Origin: a virus
Virus record (IMG/VR): IMGVR_UViG_3300020048_000027
Coordinates: 1 to 64,000 of that record
Reading direction: 5' to 3' (one strand)
Length of the DNA: 64,000 nt
The first letter of the stretch is position 1. Each line of letters starts with the position of its first letter. A program made the position numbers and the translations under genes. Positions 1-9,052 of the stretch are shown in pieces. The notes below the pieces were generated by a model. The model worked only from the letters and a program-made list of their open reading frames with translations. It made no database searches and was not told the DNA's origin.

Positions 1-138
1 TAGGATTTACTACTTCTCTAAATCCCCAAGCATACCATTGCTGTTCTGTTGCTGATTGTAATCCTACGGTACCATTAAACTCTTTAAAGGTATTTTGGAA
101 TCTAAGATTACCGTCTATTATTATTGCTTTCATATGTT

Positions 139-1068
139 TTATATTATTTTATTTACAGCAGCATAGAACCAATAATTACTTGATAATATTGTGCTAAAAT
201 TATTACCATAATCTATTGATTTCTTAGGATTATAATTGTAATAACCAACAAGTTGAATTTCCCCTGTTCCTGATAAACCAACAGAGAAAGCACCAGTACT
301 TCCACCAACACCTTTAATTGCCCAAGTAGCACCATAATCATTTGATACATAAATTCCACCAGTATAAGCAGCAGCTGTTTGATACTCACCATTATTTGAT
401 AAATCCATTCCTCTCCAATATTTAATACCAGCAGTTGTATTTCTTGTCCATGTAACACCGTAATTTGATGAATAATAGTAATAATAGTTATTTGTTCCTG
501 CTACTTGGTATTGCCCACTAGATGACATTCCAGCAGAAAGCCAAGTTCTAGTGCCAGGTCCTGTTCTTGTAGTCCAAGAGACTCCATAATCATCAGATGT
601 ATATATATAGTCACTATCAGCGACAGCTGTTTGATACTGTCCTGTCTGTGATATGCTAATATCAGTCCAATCTATTGCACCTATTGCTGTTAAATCTGCC
701 CAAGTGGCTCCATAATCATTAGAATACTGTAAATAATCTGTTCCATTTTGTGTTCCTGCTAATAGATATTGCCCATTTCCTGACATAGCTATTCTCCTCC
801 ATAATTTACTACTTGCTTTTTGATTCCAACTTACTCCATAATTATTTGAAGTATGTATATACCCATCATACGTACAAAAAGCTTGATATTGTCCAGTATT
901 ACTAATTGTCACATCTCTTACGCCAGATATAGAAGTATTTTCTGTCCAAGTAGCGCCAGCATTATTAGAACTAAATAAATGATCTGTATTTGATAGTAAC
1001 ATATATTTTCCATCCTCACTTATAAGCATATTACTTTTCAATAATTGATTATTTCCTATTCCCATCAT
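139..1068 (-). CDS. BNR/Asp-box repeat beta-propeller protein (likely fibre-tip/receptor-binding)
   Basis: About 7 repeats of SxDYGxTW / SNNYGVSW (Asp-box) alternating with (I/M)SxxGQYQ; follows a fibre gene. Confidence 0.75.
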   Translation of the reverse strand: MMGIGNNQLLKSNMLISEDGKYMLLSNTDHLFSSNNAGATWTENTSISGVRDVTISNTGQYQAFCTYDGYIHTSNNYGVSWNQKASSKLWRRIAMSGNGQYLLAGTQNGTDYLQYSNDYGATWADLTAIGAIDWTDISISQTGQYQTAVADSDYIYTSDDYGVSWTTRTGPGTRTWLSAGMSSSGQYQVAGTNNYYYYYSSNYGVTWTRNTTAGIKYWRGMDLSNNGEYQTAAAYTGGIYVSNDYGATWAIKGVGGSTGAFSVGLSGTGEIQLVGYYNYNPKKSIDYGNNFSTILSSNYWFYAAVNKII

Positions 1069-1072
1069 AATT

Positions 1073-2401
1073 TTACCAATTTATAAGGCCTGAACTAAAT
1101 ACAGGAGTTGTTACATTAAACAAATAAATTTGTATTTGATTTGTTTTAGTACCATCAAATGCTGTCCAATCTCCTTTCACTGTGGTTGGCTTAGTTATTG
1201 TATAATTTCCTGTTATTTCTAATGTTATTGTTTTATATTGCTGTGTACTATAATTGGAGAATGTAAGGCTTGTAATAGCACCTGTCATTACCATTTTATA
1301 ATGAATCCCAAGACTGCAATCAATATTTACAGTACCGCTAACACTTCCAAGATCTGTTCCTGCTTTCAGTTCTGATTTTAGTTCAACAATACCAACAGAG
1401 CCAGAAGTTAATCCTGTCCACGGCACATTAACAACACCTTGCCCTGCTGCATTAACTTGTAGCCCATAGGTTCTAAGTGCTGTTGAGCTTATGGCGTTTG
1501 AAGCAACCGTTTGTGCTGTGTCAGAGAATAACTCTATTCCTCCAAGTACTGTTGAAGTAGCTGTTGGAATAGTGAAAACAGACGATACTAATTTATGCTC
1601 CCATAATCCAGATGTAGTGTTATAAAATATACCTTCATTGTTTAAAGCAGCTCCATCTTCAACATTTACTAAATCTTCTAGGTATAAAGGAGGTATAACA
1701 CTTGCAGGAATTGGAACTAGTGAACGAACCGGTGTAGTTCCCCCAAATTGAAATTCATAAGTTGGATCACTTCCTAACGGAATTCTTCTTGCATAAAACT
1801 TAAATACAATTCTATCAGTGGCTGCAAATACGCCATCATTCCAGATTGCAGTAGCAGAAAATTCAACGTAAAGTGGTGACGTTACTACTAATGTATCAGA
1901 AGATAATCCTACTTCAGTTTCAACTCCAGCTGCTGTTCTTTTAAATATACGGTAATGGAAGGTTGCTTCCCCACTACCTAGTGTTTTTCGTATATTTCCA
2001 ACAATAGTCATGTTAAATACACCTACCTCACCTACAATTATATTAGGAACGGATATTAAAGAAGATATTAACTGGTCTGTTCCGGTTATTGTTCCGGTAG
2101 AAATATTGACTGCGGTTGTATTGTAATCTGGGTCAGTTAGAGATTTTACTAATTTAAAATACCCTCCAATGTCAGCTGATGCAGTTGTAGGATATAGTAT
2201 TAAGTTTGTGGGTAGTTCAGCACTTGTTATATATTTATTTGCATCTACGCTTCCGTCAGCTTTTAAAAATTCGGTTTGTAAACCGCCTACTTTAATAAAG
2301 GAGTCCGCAGTTATGTCTCCTGCCTGTATTGTTGTTACTACAGTTAATGAGTTCAAGTTGGCATCTGAGCCACTTGTAATAAGTTTTTTCCAGCTTGGCA
2401 T
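1073..2401 (-). CDS. tail fibre-like structural protein
   Basis: T/S/G-rich; fibre motifs FLKADGSVD, IPTATSTVLGGI, YGLQVNAAGQGVVNVPW; N-terminus MPSWKKLITSGS shared with 2707..3792. Confidence 0.7.
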   Translation of the reverse strand: MPSWKKLITSGSDANLNSLTVVTTIQAGDITADSFIKVGGLQTEFLKADGSVDANKYITSAELPTNLILYPTTASADIGGYFKLVKSLTDPDYNTTAVNISTGTITGTDQLISSLISVPNIIVGEVGVFNMTIVGNIRKTLGSGEATFHYRIFKRTAAGVETEVGLSSDTLVVTSPLYVEFSATAIWNDGVFAATDRIVFKFYARRIPLGSDPTYEFQFGGTTPVRSLVPIPASVIPPLYLEDLVNVEDGAALNNEGIFYNTTSGLWEHKLVSSVFTIPTATSTVLGGIELFSDTAQTVASNAISSTALRTYGLQVNAAGQGVVNVPWTGLTSGSVGIVELKSELKAGTDLGSVSGTVNIDCSLGIHYKMVMTGAITSLTFSNYSTQQYKTITLEITGNYTITKPTTVKGDWTAFDGTKTNQIQIYLFNVTTPVFSSGLINW

Positions 2402-2410
2402 ATTTATTTG

Positions 2411-2462
2411 TTACGGTTGGCTACATCAAATGTGTGATGTCCACTTCCCTTTCGGGCCAATA
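2411..2462 (-). ncRNA. candidate structured 5'-UTR RNA (three-way junction)
   Basis: Minus strand UUGGC/GCCAA closing stem, CC-GAAA-GG hairpin, ACAUCA/UGAUGU hairpin; between late promoter motif (2474-2481) and the ATG at 2401. Confidence 0.45.
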
Positions 2463-2473
2463 ATCAATATACG

Positions 2474-2481
2474 TATAAATA
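2474..2481 (-). promoter_or_regulatory. putative late promoter TATTTATA
   Basis: Octamer recurring just upstream of structural genes. Confidence 0.6.
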
Positions 2482-2512
2482 GAGATGAGACTCGAAAGCC
2501 TCATTTATCTAT
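2479..2512 (-). terminator. hairpin / probable intrinsic terminator
   Basis: ATGAGGCT-TTCG-AGTCTCAT directly after the stop of the small ORF 2509..2688. Confidence 0.5.
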
Positions 2513-2688
2513 TTTAATGTCTCTATTTTATCTACTAGTTTTACCCAGGTGTTGTAAAACATTTCGAACTCTTCGCCTCGGTAGGTTGCTGATCTCATCT
2601 TAGCAAGTATAAATTCTAATTCTTGCTGTGTAAGTTCTCTGCTATCCTCGCTTTTTACTTGCTTCTTAGCTCTATCTAATATTCCCAT
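2509..2688 (-). CDS. small hypothetical protein (59 aa, not in ORF track)
   Basis: Manual translation MGILDRAKKQVKSEDSRELTQQELEFILAKMRSATYRGEEFEMFYNTWVKLVDKIETLK; fills the gap between two fibre genes. Confidence 0.75.
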   Translation of the reverse strand: MGILDRAKKQVKSEDSRELTQQELEFILAKMRSATYRGEEFEMFYNTWVKLVDKIETLK

Positions 2689-2706
2689 AACTTATTTTGT
2701 ACTATT

Positions 2707-3792
2707 TTATGCGTAAATAAATATATCTCCTGCTTCTATTCTAATGTTACCGTTATGATCTGCTTGAGCAGTTGCTGCATTTGCTACAGTTCCTTCAAAA
2801 ACACCTCCTACATAGTAAGCCATTGTTTGTGCTCCTGTTGCATTAGAAGCTATCGTACTTACGATTCCTAAACGACCATCGTTTGCATTATAACTAGCAT
2901 CCCATACAAGTCCTGTTCCTGATTGTGCAACTCCGTTTGTTCCACCAAATATAATACCTGAGTCTGTATTTGCTGCTGATCCTGAGTTCAATAAGATGAA
3001 AGTATCTTCTACCTCTAGGTTTGTAGTGTTTACTTGAGTTACATCACCGTTTACCCTTAAATTACCTCCTACTACTAAGCCACCGGTGATTGTTACATCG
3101 TTAGGTAATCCTACTGTAATTGAACGATTAGCTCCTAATGCTGCTGCTGCTCCACCTGTTACTTCTACTTCATTAGTTGTACCTAGAACTGTTAATGTTA
3201 CGTTACCCTGAACTGCTGTGTTTGCTGTTGTACCGTAGTTAACTGCAATAGTAGGTGTTGAACCTTCTCCTGTGTTTGATCCTATTGTTACCCCTGTACC
3301 AGTTCCTAAGTTAGCTACATAATCCCCTGTTGTATTTGCTCCTAGTACTACACCTGATATATTAGCACCTGATCCTGAGAATGTTCCTTTAAATGATCCC
3401 GTTAAGCTTGAAATACCTCCTGTTAGTCGTATTGAAGTACCACCTGTTATTAAAGTTCCGTTATCTGTTAAAGAAGAGTTTGCAAACTTACCATCGGTGT
3501 CATTCCATTTTGTAATTGCATTAGCACTTAAGTCTGCTGCACCTGATACCGCTACCTCCAGAGGAATTTCAGCGTTATACGTGAAAGGTGAAATACCTAC
3601 TCCACTGGATAAAGCATTTGTTAAGGATTCTGCTGTTGCAACAATTCCTGTTAATCCAGATCCATCTCCTTGAAAGGATCCTGAAAATGATCCGCTTAGT
3701 ATCGTTGTATCCCCAGATACTAAATAATTTGAATCATTGTTTAACTGAGAGATGTTACTTCCTGAGACAATGACTTTTTTCCACTCTGCCAT
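2707..3792 (-). CDS. tail fibre-like structural protein
   Basis: SGSFSGSFQGDGSGLTG and GNLRVNGDVTQVNTTNLEVEDTFILLN fibre motifs; G/T/S-rich. Confidence 0.7.
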   Translation of the reverse strand: MAEWKKVIVSGSNISQLNNDSNYLVSGDTTILSGSFSGSFQGDGSGLTGIVATAESLTNALSSGVGISPFTYNAEIPLEVAVSGAADLSANAITKWNDTDGKFANSSLTDNGTLITGGTSIRLTGGISSLTGSFKGTFSGSGANISGVVLGANTTGDYVANLGTGTGVTIGSNTGEGSTPTIAVNYGTTANTAVQGNVTLTVLGTTNEVEVTGGAAAALGANRSITVGLPNDVTITGGLVVGGNLRVNGDVTQVNTTNLEVEDTFILLNSGSAANTDSGIIFGGTNGVAQSGTGLVWDASYNANDGRLGIVSTIASNATGAQTMAYYVGGVFEGTVANAATAQADHNGNIRIEAGDIFIYA

Positions 3793-3826
3793 GTTACTAT
3801 GCTTTAAAGTTTATTGTAGTTTTTAT

Positions 3827-3834
3827 TATAAATA
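3827..3834 (-). promoter_or_regulatory. putative late promoter TATTTATA
   Basis: 35 nt upstream of the ATG at 3792. Confidence 0.65.
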
Positions 3835-3837
3835 GCG

Positions 3838-4203
3838 CTATGTTCTGAATCCAAGGTAGAATGAGTTACTCGCACTGTAAAATAACCCTCCTTCAATTGG
3901 GGGAGGTGTTATTGATTGTGAAACTAATTGCAATGTGCCTTCTTCAGTTATTTTAATTGTTTCTGTTCCATTTGAGACTACCGAAAAGTAATCTGATACT
4001 CCGTTTAAATTTAGCTGAAAAGATCCAGTTATTCCTACATTTCTGGATGTATTCCAGTAAGATCCTGTCTGTCTAAATATTCCCTGATTAATAGTAGAGA
4101 GATTTATTCCATTCAGCTCTATAGATCCTGTAATGTTCAAGGATCCGGTATAGACTGTATCCGTTAAATTACTGCTTATCTGTTTCCACTGTACTAATGC
4201 CAT
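3838..4203 (-). CDS. small virion/fibre-associated protein
   Basis: TGS repeats, C-terminal PPPIEGGLFYS motif, structural context. Confidence 0.6.
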   Translation of the reverse strand: MALVQWKQISSNLTDTVYTGSLNITGSIELNGINLSTINQGIFRQTGSYWNTSRNVGITGSFQLNLNGVSDYFSVVSNGTETIKITEEGTLQLVSQSITPPPIEGGLFYSASNSFYLGFRT

Positions 4204-5430
4204 CTACTGGTTAAATTTTCCTATTAATACTACCTGATCTACTCCTTGTACGATTGCATAAGCTAATCCTGTAAATATTACCTCTATTCCTGAGGTTGTT
4301 TCTACTACTGTTCTTACATCCCCTGGTTGAAGCACTCCATTCACATAAACTGTAAAATCGTCTTGTATTATTGAAAAACCTGCTGGTGTTAATGCAAAAG
4401 TTGCTCCTGTAAATAGTGCGGTATCTACATCCATTGTATCAGCAATTGCTGCTGTATTTGTACCTAGGTATACTATCTGCTCTGCTGTCATTCCCGGTAC
4501 TATGATTGTTGTTGGTGCTGCTGTACCTAAATTATCATAGAAACGTGTAGGAGCTCCTATTTCCGGTGTGTTTGCTTTGGCTATAAGTACCTCAGAACTA
4601 CCTTCTGTCTCTAGTTTAAAACTTACTGAAGATTTTGAAAAATACTTTAAAGATCCTTTAAGTTGTGCGTTAATTGTATCGGGTACAATATGACCTAACA
4701 ATTTTATATTAAAGGATGTCTTTACAGCCCTGTCTTTTCCTTGTGTTAATTCAGTCACTAACGTATAGTTATCAATCATTGCACGGAAACTAAACTTTTC
4801 CGAGTCTCCCCAATAAGCATCTGATGAATAGTTAATAGCTTCCACTAATTTATTCATTTGTTCCATGTACTCTGTAAATATTATACAGGAATACGTAATA
4901 TTAACGTAATCAGGTATAACTACTCCTTGGTATTCCTTTACTGCAACTCTGTTATTAACTAAGTTAAACTTACTATATACATTTTTCTGTGAGTATTTCT
5001 TTTCAAATACTCCTATATTGTTAGGATTGTTGGCATCTAGTTTATTCCCTAAGTTTCTATTCTTCTCCATCGAATCCCTCTTCACCATTATTAGCGGTGC
5101 TTGTATCTTCCCTTGAGCATCCCTATAGAATCCGTCCTGTTGTACTGATTTCCAACGTTCTGGAGATCCGTAGATAACTGGCACGTTTACAACTGTACCG
5201 TTTTGAACTACGCTCGGTTTTATTACGTTCTCAAAGTAGTAAAATATAGATTCATCAATATCCTTCAGCCCTAAGCTAAAATGCTGTGCACTATCACCTT
5301 TTACGCTTCTTTGATACTCCCTCTTCCTATTATCGACGGTTTTTACTGTTCCTTGGTTTGTATAGGCAGTGAAACTCTCTTCAGAAAGCTGTTTCTGTGT
5401 TTTAGGTGTGGGTTTCTTATTATCTGCCAT
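4204..5430 (-). CDS. tail terminator / sheath stabiliser (T4 gp15-like) with C-terminal extension
   Basis: VPVIYGSPERW, APLIMVKR, PDYVNITYS...MEQMNKLVEAI motifs; follows neck genes. Confidence 0.7.
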   Translation of the reverse strand: MADNKKPTPKTQKQLSEESFTAYTNQGTVKTVDNRKREYQRSVKGDSAQHFSLGLKDIDESIFYYFENVIKPSVVQNGTVVNVPVIYGSPERWKSVQQDGFYRDAQGKIQAPLIMVKRDSMEKNRNLGNKLDANNPNNIGVFEKKYSQKNVYSKFNLVNNRVAVKEYQGVVIPDYVNITYSCIIFTEYMEQMNKLVEAINYSSDAYWGDSEKFSFRAMIDNYTLVTELTQGKDRAVKTSFNIKLLGHIVPDTINAQLKGSLKYFSKSSVSFKLETEGSSEVLIAKANTPEIGAPTRFYDNLGTAAPTTIIVPGMTAEQIVYLGTNTAAIADTMDVDTALFTGATFALTPAGFSIIQDDFTVYVNGVLQPGDVRTVVETTSGIEVIFTGLAYAIVQGVDQVVLIGKFNQ

Positions 5431-5686
5431 ATTTTAAACTTATATGTGTTCTAAGTTGCTTTTTAAATGATGAGAAGATACTAAATAGTTTTTCTAACTT
5501 TGCATCATCCGGATATTTCTTCAACACATCCTTAAAGTCCTCATGAATACCCTCTAACTCCTTATCAATAGATTTTAACGGCGTATATTCCACATCCCAA
5601 CTGTACTGACCTGTTACTTGATCATAGTCTGTCTGTTTAGTCTTAAATTTACCGTCTTCCTCTCTAATAATATCTATTAATTTCAT
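5420..5686 (-). CDS. hypothetical protein with capsid-targeting-like leader
   Basis: N-terminus MKLIDIIREE. Confidence 0.65.
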   Translation of the reverse strand: MKLIDIIREEDGKFKTKQTDYDQVTGQYSWDVEYTPLKSIDKELEGIHEDFKDVLKKYPDDAKLEKLFSIFSSFKKQLRTHISLKYGR

Positions 5687-6168
5687 CTTACTTTTCTTAT
5701 ACCTGTTTTATCCCCTCTTGTTAAGTGACAATCTACTATAATAGATATTGATGAACCAAATCTATCTCCATATTCGGTTAAGTTATAAGAGCTGTCTTTC
5801 CCTAAGAATAATTGGTTTTCTCGCACTGTATCTACTTCATACAGACCTTTTGACCACTCTATTATATCACCTACCTCAGGTACAGTGTTTACATCAACTA
5901 AATCTTCTCTTATAAATGCAAATGATACATCTCTATCTAAGTCTGGTCCGAAATCATCAACTGATATTACTTGATCCCCTCTGGTAATTAGACAATTAAG
6001 CTTTACCGGGTCTAAAAAGATTTTATTTAGTGATTCTCCGTATAAATTTGAAATAGTGTCCATTAAAGACATCTTATAGTATATGATCTCTTGCTCTATT
6101 ACATCGTGTAACAGCTCTCTTGCTATTTTTACCATAAGTCTATGATCTCTTACACTCCCAAATAGCAT
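5683..6168 (-). CDS. neck protein / head closure (T4 gp14-like)
   Basis: NLYGES, PEVGDIIEW..LYEV motifs; position next to gp13-like gene. Confidence 0.7.
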   Translation of the reverse strand: MLFGSVRDHRLMVKIARELLHDVIEQEIIYYKMSLMDTISNLYGESLNKIFLDPVKLNCLITRGDQVISVDDFGPDLDRDVSFAFIREDLVDVNTVPEVGDIIEWSKGLYEVDTVRENQLFLGKDSSYNLTEYGDRFGSSISIIVDCHLTRGDKTGIRKVR

Positions 6169-6169
6169 A

Positions 6170-6475
6170 TTACTTCTTTTTTTCTATTGTTTTTTCCGCT
6201 ACTTCTAGTTTCTTAACCTCCGGTACTCTACTTATAGAGTTTTGCTTAAAAGCTGCGAATGCTTCCTGTGCTGTCTTAGTGGTTAGTATTTTTACCTTCA
6301 TAATAGCAGTATTGTTGTTTGATTCATGTGAAACTTGAGTAACTGTAAGTACTCCCGGCACTGCTCTCAACATTTCACCTACATCTTGTACTGTTGCATC
6401 TTCTGAATGTGTTATTCTCACCATAGCTTGGTATATTGAGAACTGTATTTCTAATATTATATCTGATATCTTCAT
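6170..6475 (-). CDS. hypothetical protein with capsid-targeting-like leader, possible ferredoxin-like fold
   Basis: MKISDIILE leader; LRAVPGVLTV / RVPEVKKL pattern. Confidence 0.6.
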   Translation of the reverse strand: MKISDIILEIQFSIYQAMVRITHSEDATVQDVGEMLRAVPGVLTVTQVSHESNNNTAIMKVKILTTKTAQEAFAAFKQNSISRVPEVKKLEVAEKTIEKKK

Positions 6476-7626
6476 TATCCTACGTAAATTAACATTGGTA
6501 TGCTTGAGAGAGTATTACTTAAGCTGGTAGTCTCATTCGATTGTCTTTCTAATTGCTTTTGACGGGATGTTTGATCTAACATCTCTCTTAAATTAAGTAA
6601 TAGAGCTTCTTTCTCACTTCTCGCATCTGCTAAAAGGTCTGCCTGGTTTAAAGTAGTCTCTCCTCCCGGTATTTGTACTGTTCCGTACTTTCCTCTAACG
6701 TATGCAAGGGTTTCTTTACATAATGCTAAAGCATATTCCCTTATCCACTCTTTACCCACGCTATTTATGTTTCCGTAAATTGGATTAGTATATGGAACGT
6801 CCGATACATGAGTAACTACGTTATCTGAGAATGTTCCATCATTTCCTCCTGATTTTTCTAAGTTTTTAAAGTAGTCAAACCATAATGTACCATTTATTTT
6901 AGGTCTAGGAAAGATTCTTAGTCGATTATCAACAAGTTCAAAAGAATATGCAGATCTTCTTATCTGATCGTTAAATTCTATAGCTTGAACTTTTAGTAAG
7001 TCAAAAGAAGCTGGCATTAGTAGAAAATTCATACCTGGAGAGTATGATCCAAAGTCAAATGAATCCATCAGTGACTGCATTCCTGTTCCTGTTCCTGCGT
7101 AAGGATCAAAGTAACGTAAGATTGCAGGTGGAGCATCGTGGTATATTTTTCGAACCTCGATTCCTCCGCTTATATGATTGGTATCTGCCCAAGCGTTTAA
7201 GTCATATTCCTGTACCCCTGATGTGATTGCTATACTTCCTTTATACCTTGTAACTAATCCTCCTACTCCTGCTTCTGTACCATAGTTTTTTGAAATTTCT
7301 ATTGCTCGTGTTAGTGAAGGACGTATTAAAATGTTGTTTAAGTCTCTTGATAGGGGACTTCCTGCTAAATTTAGGTAATTCTCTCTAATGCTGTATTGAT
7401 ATACTTCATTACCGTATACTGTTACGGCTTGTTCGAAGCAAGTATAAAATGATCTTGCATCTAACTCCACATCTAACATAGGAAATCCTAATCTTCTTGC
7501 ACAGTAATTTGCTACTTTGTCTGCATCTGCTCGAAATGTAGGTTCAAGGTCGTAGAATGCAAACGGTGTAGGTGCTGATTGTGATACAAATACTTCCGTA
7601 CCCGTCCATGTTACTATATCTGCCAT
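6475..7626 (-). CDS. neck protein / head-tail adaptor (T4 gp13-like)
   Basis: YCARRLGFPMLDVEL, WIREYALALCKETLAYVRGKY...PGGETTLN, C-terminal PMLIYVG. Confidence 0.8.
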   Translation of the reverse strand: MADIVTWTGTEVFVSQSAPTPFAFYDLEPTFRADADKVANYCARRLGFPMLDVELDARSFYTCFEQAVTVYGNEVYQYSIRENYLNLAGSPLSRDLNNILIRPSLTRAIEISKNYGTEAGVGGLVTRYKGSIAITSGVQEYDLNAWADTNHISGGIEVRKIYHDAPPAILRYFDPYAGTGTGMQSLMDSFDFGSYSPGMNFLLMPASFDLLKVQAIEFNDQIRRSAYSFELVDNRLRIFPRPKINGTLWFDYFKNLEKSGGNDGTFSDNVVTHVSDVPYTNPIYGNINSVGKEWIREYALALCKETLAYVRGKYGTVQIPGGETTLNQADLLADARSEKEALLLNLREMLDQTSRQKQLERQSNETTSLSNTLSSIPMLIYVG

Positions 7627-7642
7627 GCTTGTCTATTTTTAA

Positions 7643-7650
7643 TATAAATA
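7643..7650 (-). promoter_or_regulatory. putative late promoter TATTTATA
   Basis: 17 nt upstream of the neck gene ATG. Confidence 0.65.
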
Positions 7651-7654
7651 GCAG

Positions 7655-8341
7655 TTAATCTCTGAAGGTTTCGTACACTTTAAGTACCGGTGCTACAATG
7701 TCGTGTCTATGGTTATGTTCTAATGCTATTGTTCGAAAACCTTCTACCTGCTCTTCTATTCTAGAAAGGAAGGAGAATCCTGTGTCCCTCTTGTCTTTTA
7801 AATCTATTTGAGCCATATCCCCACATACTACCATTTTAGAACCTTTTCCTAAACGTCCTATAACAGTTTCCATTTGGGAATGTGTTACATTTTGTGCTTC
7901 GTCTACAATAACGAAGGAGTTTAAGAATGTTCTACCTCTCATGAAAGCAAAAGGTACAATCTCTATCTTACCGTCCTCTAATTCTTTCTTTATTTTCTCC
8001 TCACTATATAGTAGGTATAGATTGTGGTAGATTGGTGCTAACCAAGGGTCCATCTTTGCCTGTAAATCTCCTGGTAGAAAGCCTATATCTTCTTTAGCTA
8101 CGGTTGGACGTGTTATTACAATCTTATCTACTTGTTTACTAAATAACATATCTAAAGCTACCTGGGTTGCTACTAAAGTTTTTCCTGATCCTGCCATTCC
8201 TTTTATAACAGTTATAGCAGATTCTAATATTATAGCTTTTGCTTGTTTTTGCTCTTCATTTAGCTGTAAGTTAAATTTAATTGGATTTTTTGGTTTTCTC
8301 TTTTGTGCAAATACCTCGTCGGTATATTTGTTTGATGCCAT
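7655..8341 (-). CDS. phoH: PhoH-family ATPase
   Basis: GMAGSGKT Walker A, ITRP, IGFLPGD, FMRGRTF, IVDEAQN, GRLG, GDMAQID, HRH. Confidence 0.95.
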   Translation of the reverse strand: MASNKYTDEVFAQKRKPKNPIKFNLQLNEEQKQAKAIILESAITVIKGMAGSGKTLVATQVALDMLFSKQVDKIVITRPTVAKEDIGFLPGDLQAKMDPWLAPIYHNLYLLYSEEKIKKELEDGKIEIVPFAFMRGRTFLNSFVIVDEAQNVTHSQMETVIGRLGKGSKMVVCGDMAQIDLKDKRDTGFSFLSRIEEQVEGFRTIALEHNHRHDIVAPVLKVYETFRD

Positions 8342-8387
8342 ATATTAGAACGTATTTATTTTATAATAAATATACGAAACTTTTAAG

Positions 8388-8963
8388 TTATTTCCAGCCT
8401 TTTGTTATATTTTCCTCCCAGGGCAGCATCTCAAGGTTAGATATGTCTCCTATTTCTTCTGCTGGAATATTTTCTGTAAATCCTTTTTTAATGCTAATGA
8501 TATGATCTAATGTGTATGCTCCTTCTTGTCCGTTTACTCCTCTTAGCTCAAAATTCTCTAATATCTCAAGTGTTTGCCTTTTTGTAACTCTCCAAACGTC
8601 TAGCTTGTAAGATTTCCAGGCTGGTAAGGATGCTTTGTATTCTTCATATGTAGCGTATCCATTTCTTTTTGCAATACCTTCCATTCTCTGCTCGAAGGTA
8701 AGTGAGTTGTTTAACCTCACTCCTTGTTCTGAGAGTCCTATGTTCCATGCGACTATATTCGGACCATTTTTCGAACCTCTTGGCCTGCCGGTTGGCTTTA
8801 TCTTACTATTCGCTCTTCCTATTTCACCTGCACAGTGTTGACAGTTTAATTTACCTGTTTTATTTATCTTTGTTTTTGCATTATACCAGCTCCCTATATT
8901 TGTGTAGTGTATTGTAACTTTGCAGGTTGTGCATGTATGTGTCTCTCTAATAAAACTACTCAT
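8388..8963 (-). CDS. free-standing HNH endonuclease (homing-type)
   Basis: LDHIISI...NLEMLPWEENITKG HNH core; N-terminal CxxC...CxxC and GRPRG; TATTTATA at 8977-8984. Confidence 0.75.
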   Translation of the reverse strand: MSSFIRETHTCTTCKVTIHYTNIGSWYNAKTKINKTGKLNCQHCAGEIGRANSKIKPTGRPRGSKNGPNIVAWNIGLSEQGVRLNNSLTFEQRMEGIAKRNGYATYEEYKASLPAWKSYKLDVWRVTKRQTLEILENFELRGVNGQEGAYTLDHIISIKKGFTENIPAEEIGDISNLEMLPWEENITKGWK

Positions 8964-9007
8964 TGTACCTTTTTTATATAAATAGGGTATAATTACCGAA
9001 ACAACAT

Positions 9008-9033
9008 AAAAAAAGAGAGCCGAAGCTCTCTTT
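9008..9033 (-). terminator. intrinsic terminator after major capsid gene
   Basis: AAAGAGAGC-TTCG-GCTCTCTTT followed by a T run; C(UUCG)G tetraloop. Confidence 0.85.
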
Positions 9034-9052
9034 ACCCTATATACAGTTAGTA

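Noticed and set aside
3838-5430. Stop-codon recoding or readthrough (TAG at 4204-4206 is followed in frame by ATG)
   Set aside because: All core genes are full length in code 11, TAG ends genes at expected positions, and the same abutting arrangement occurs with TAA at 13570/13571.
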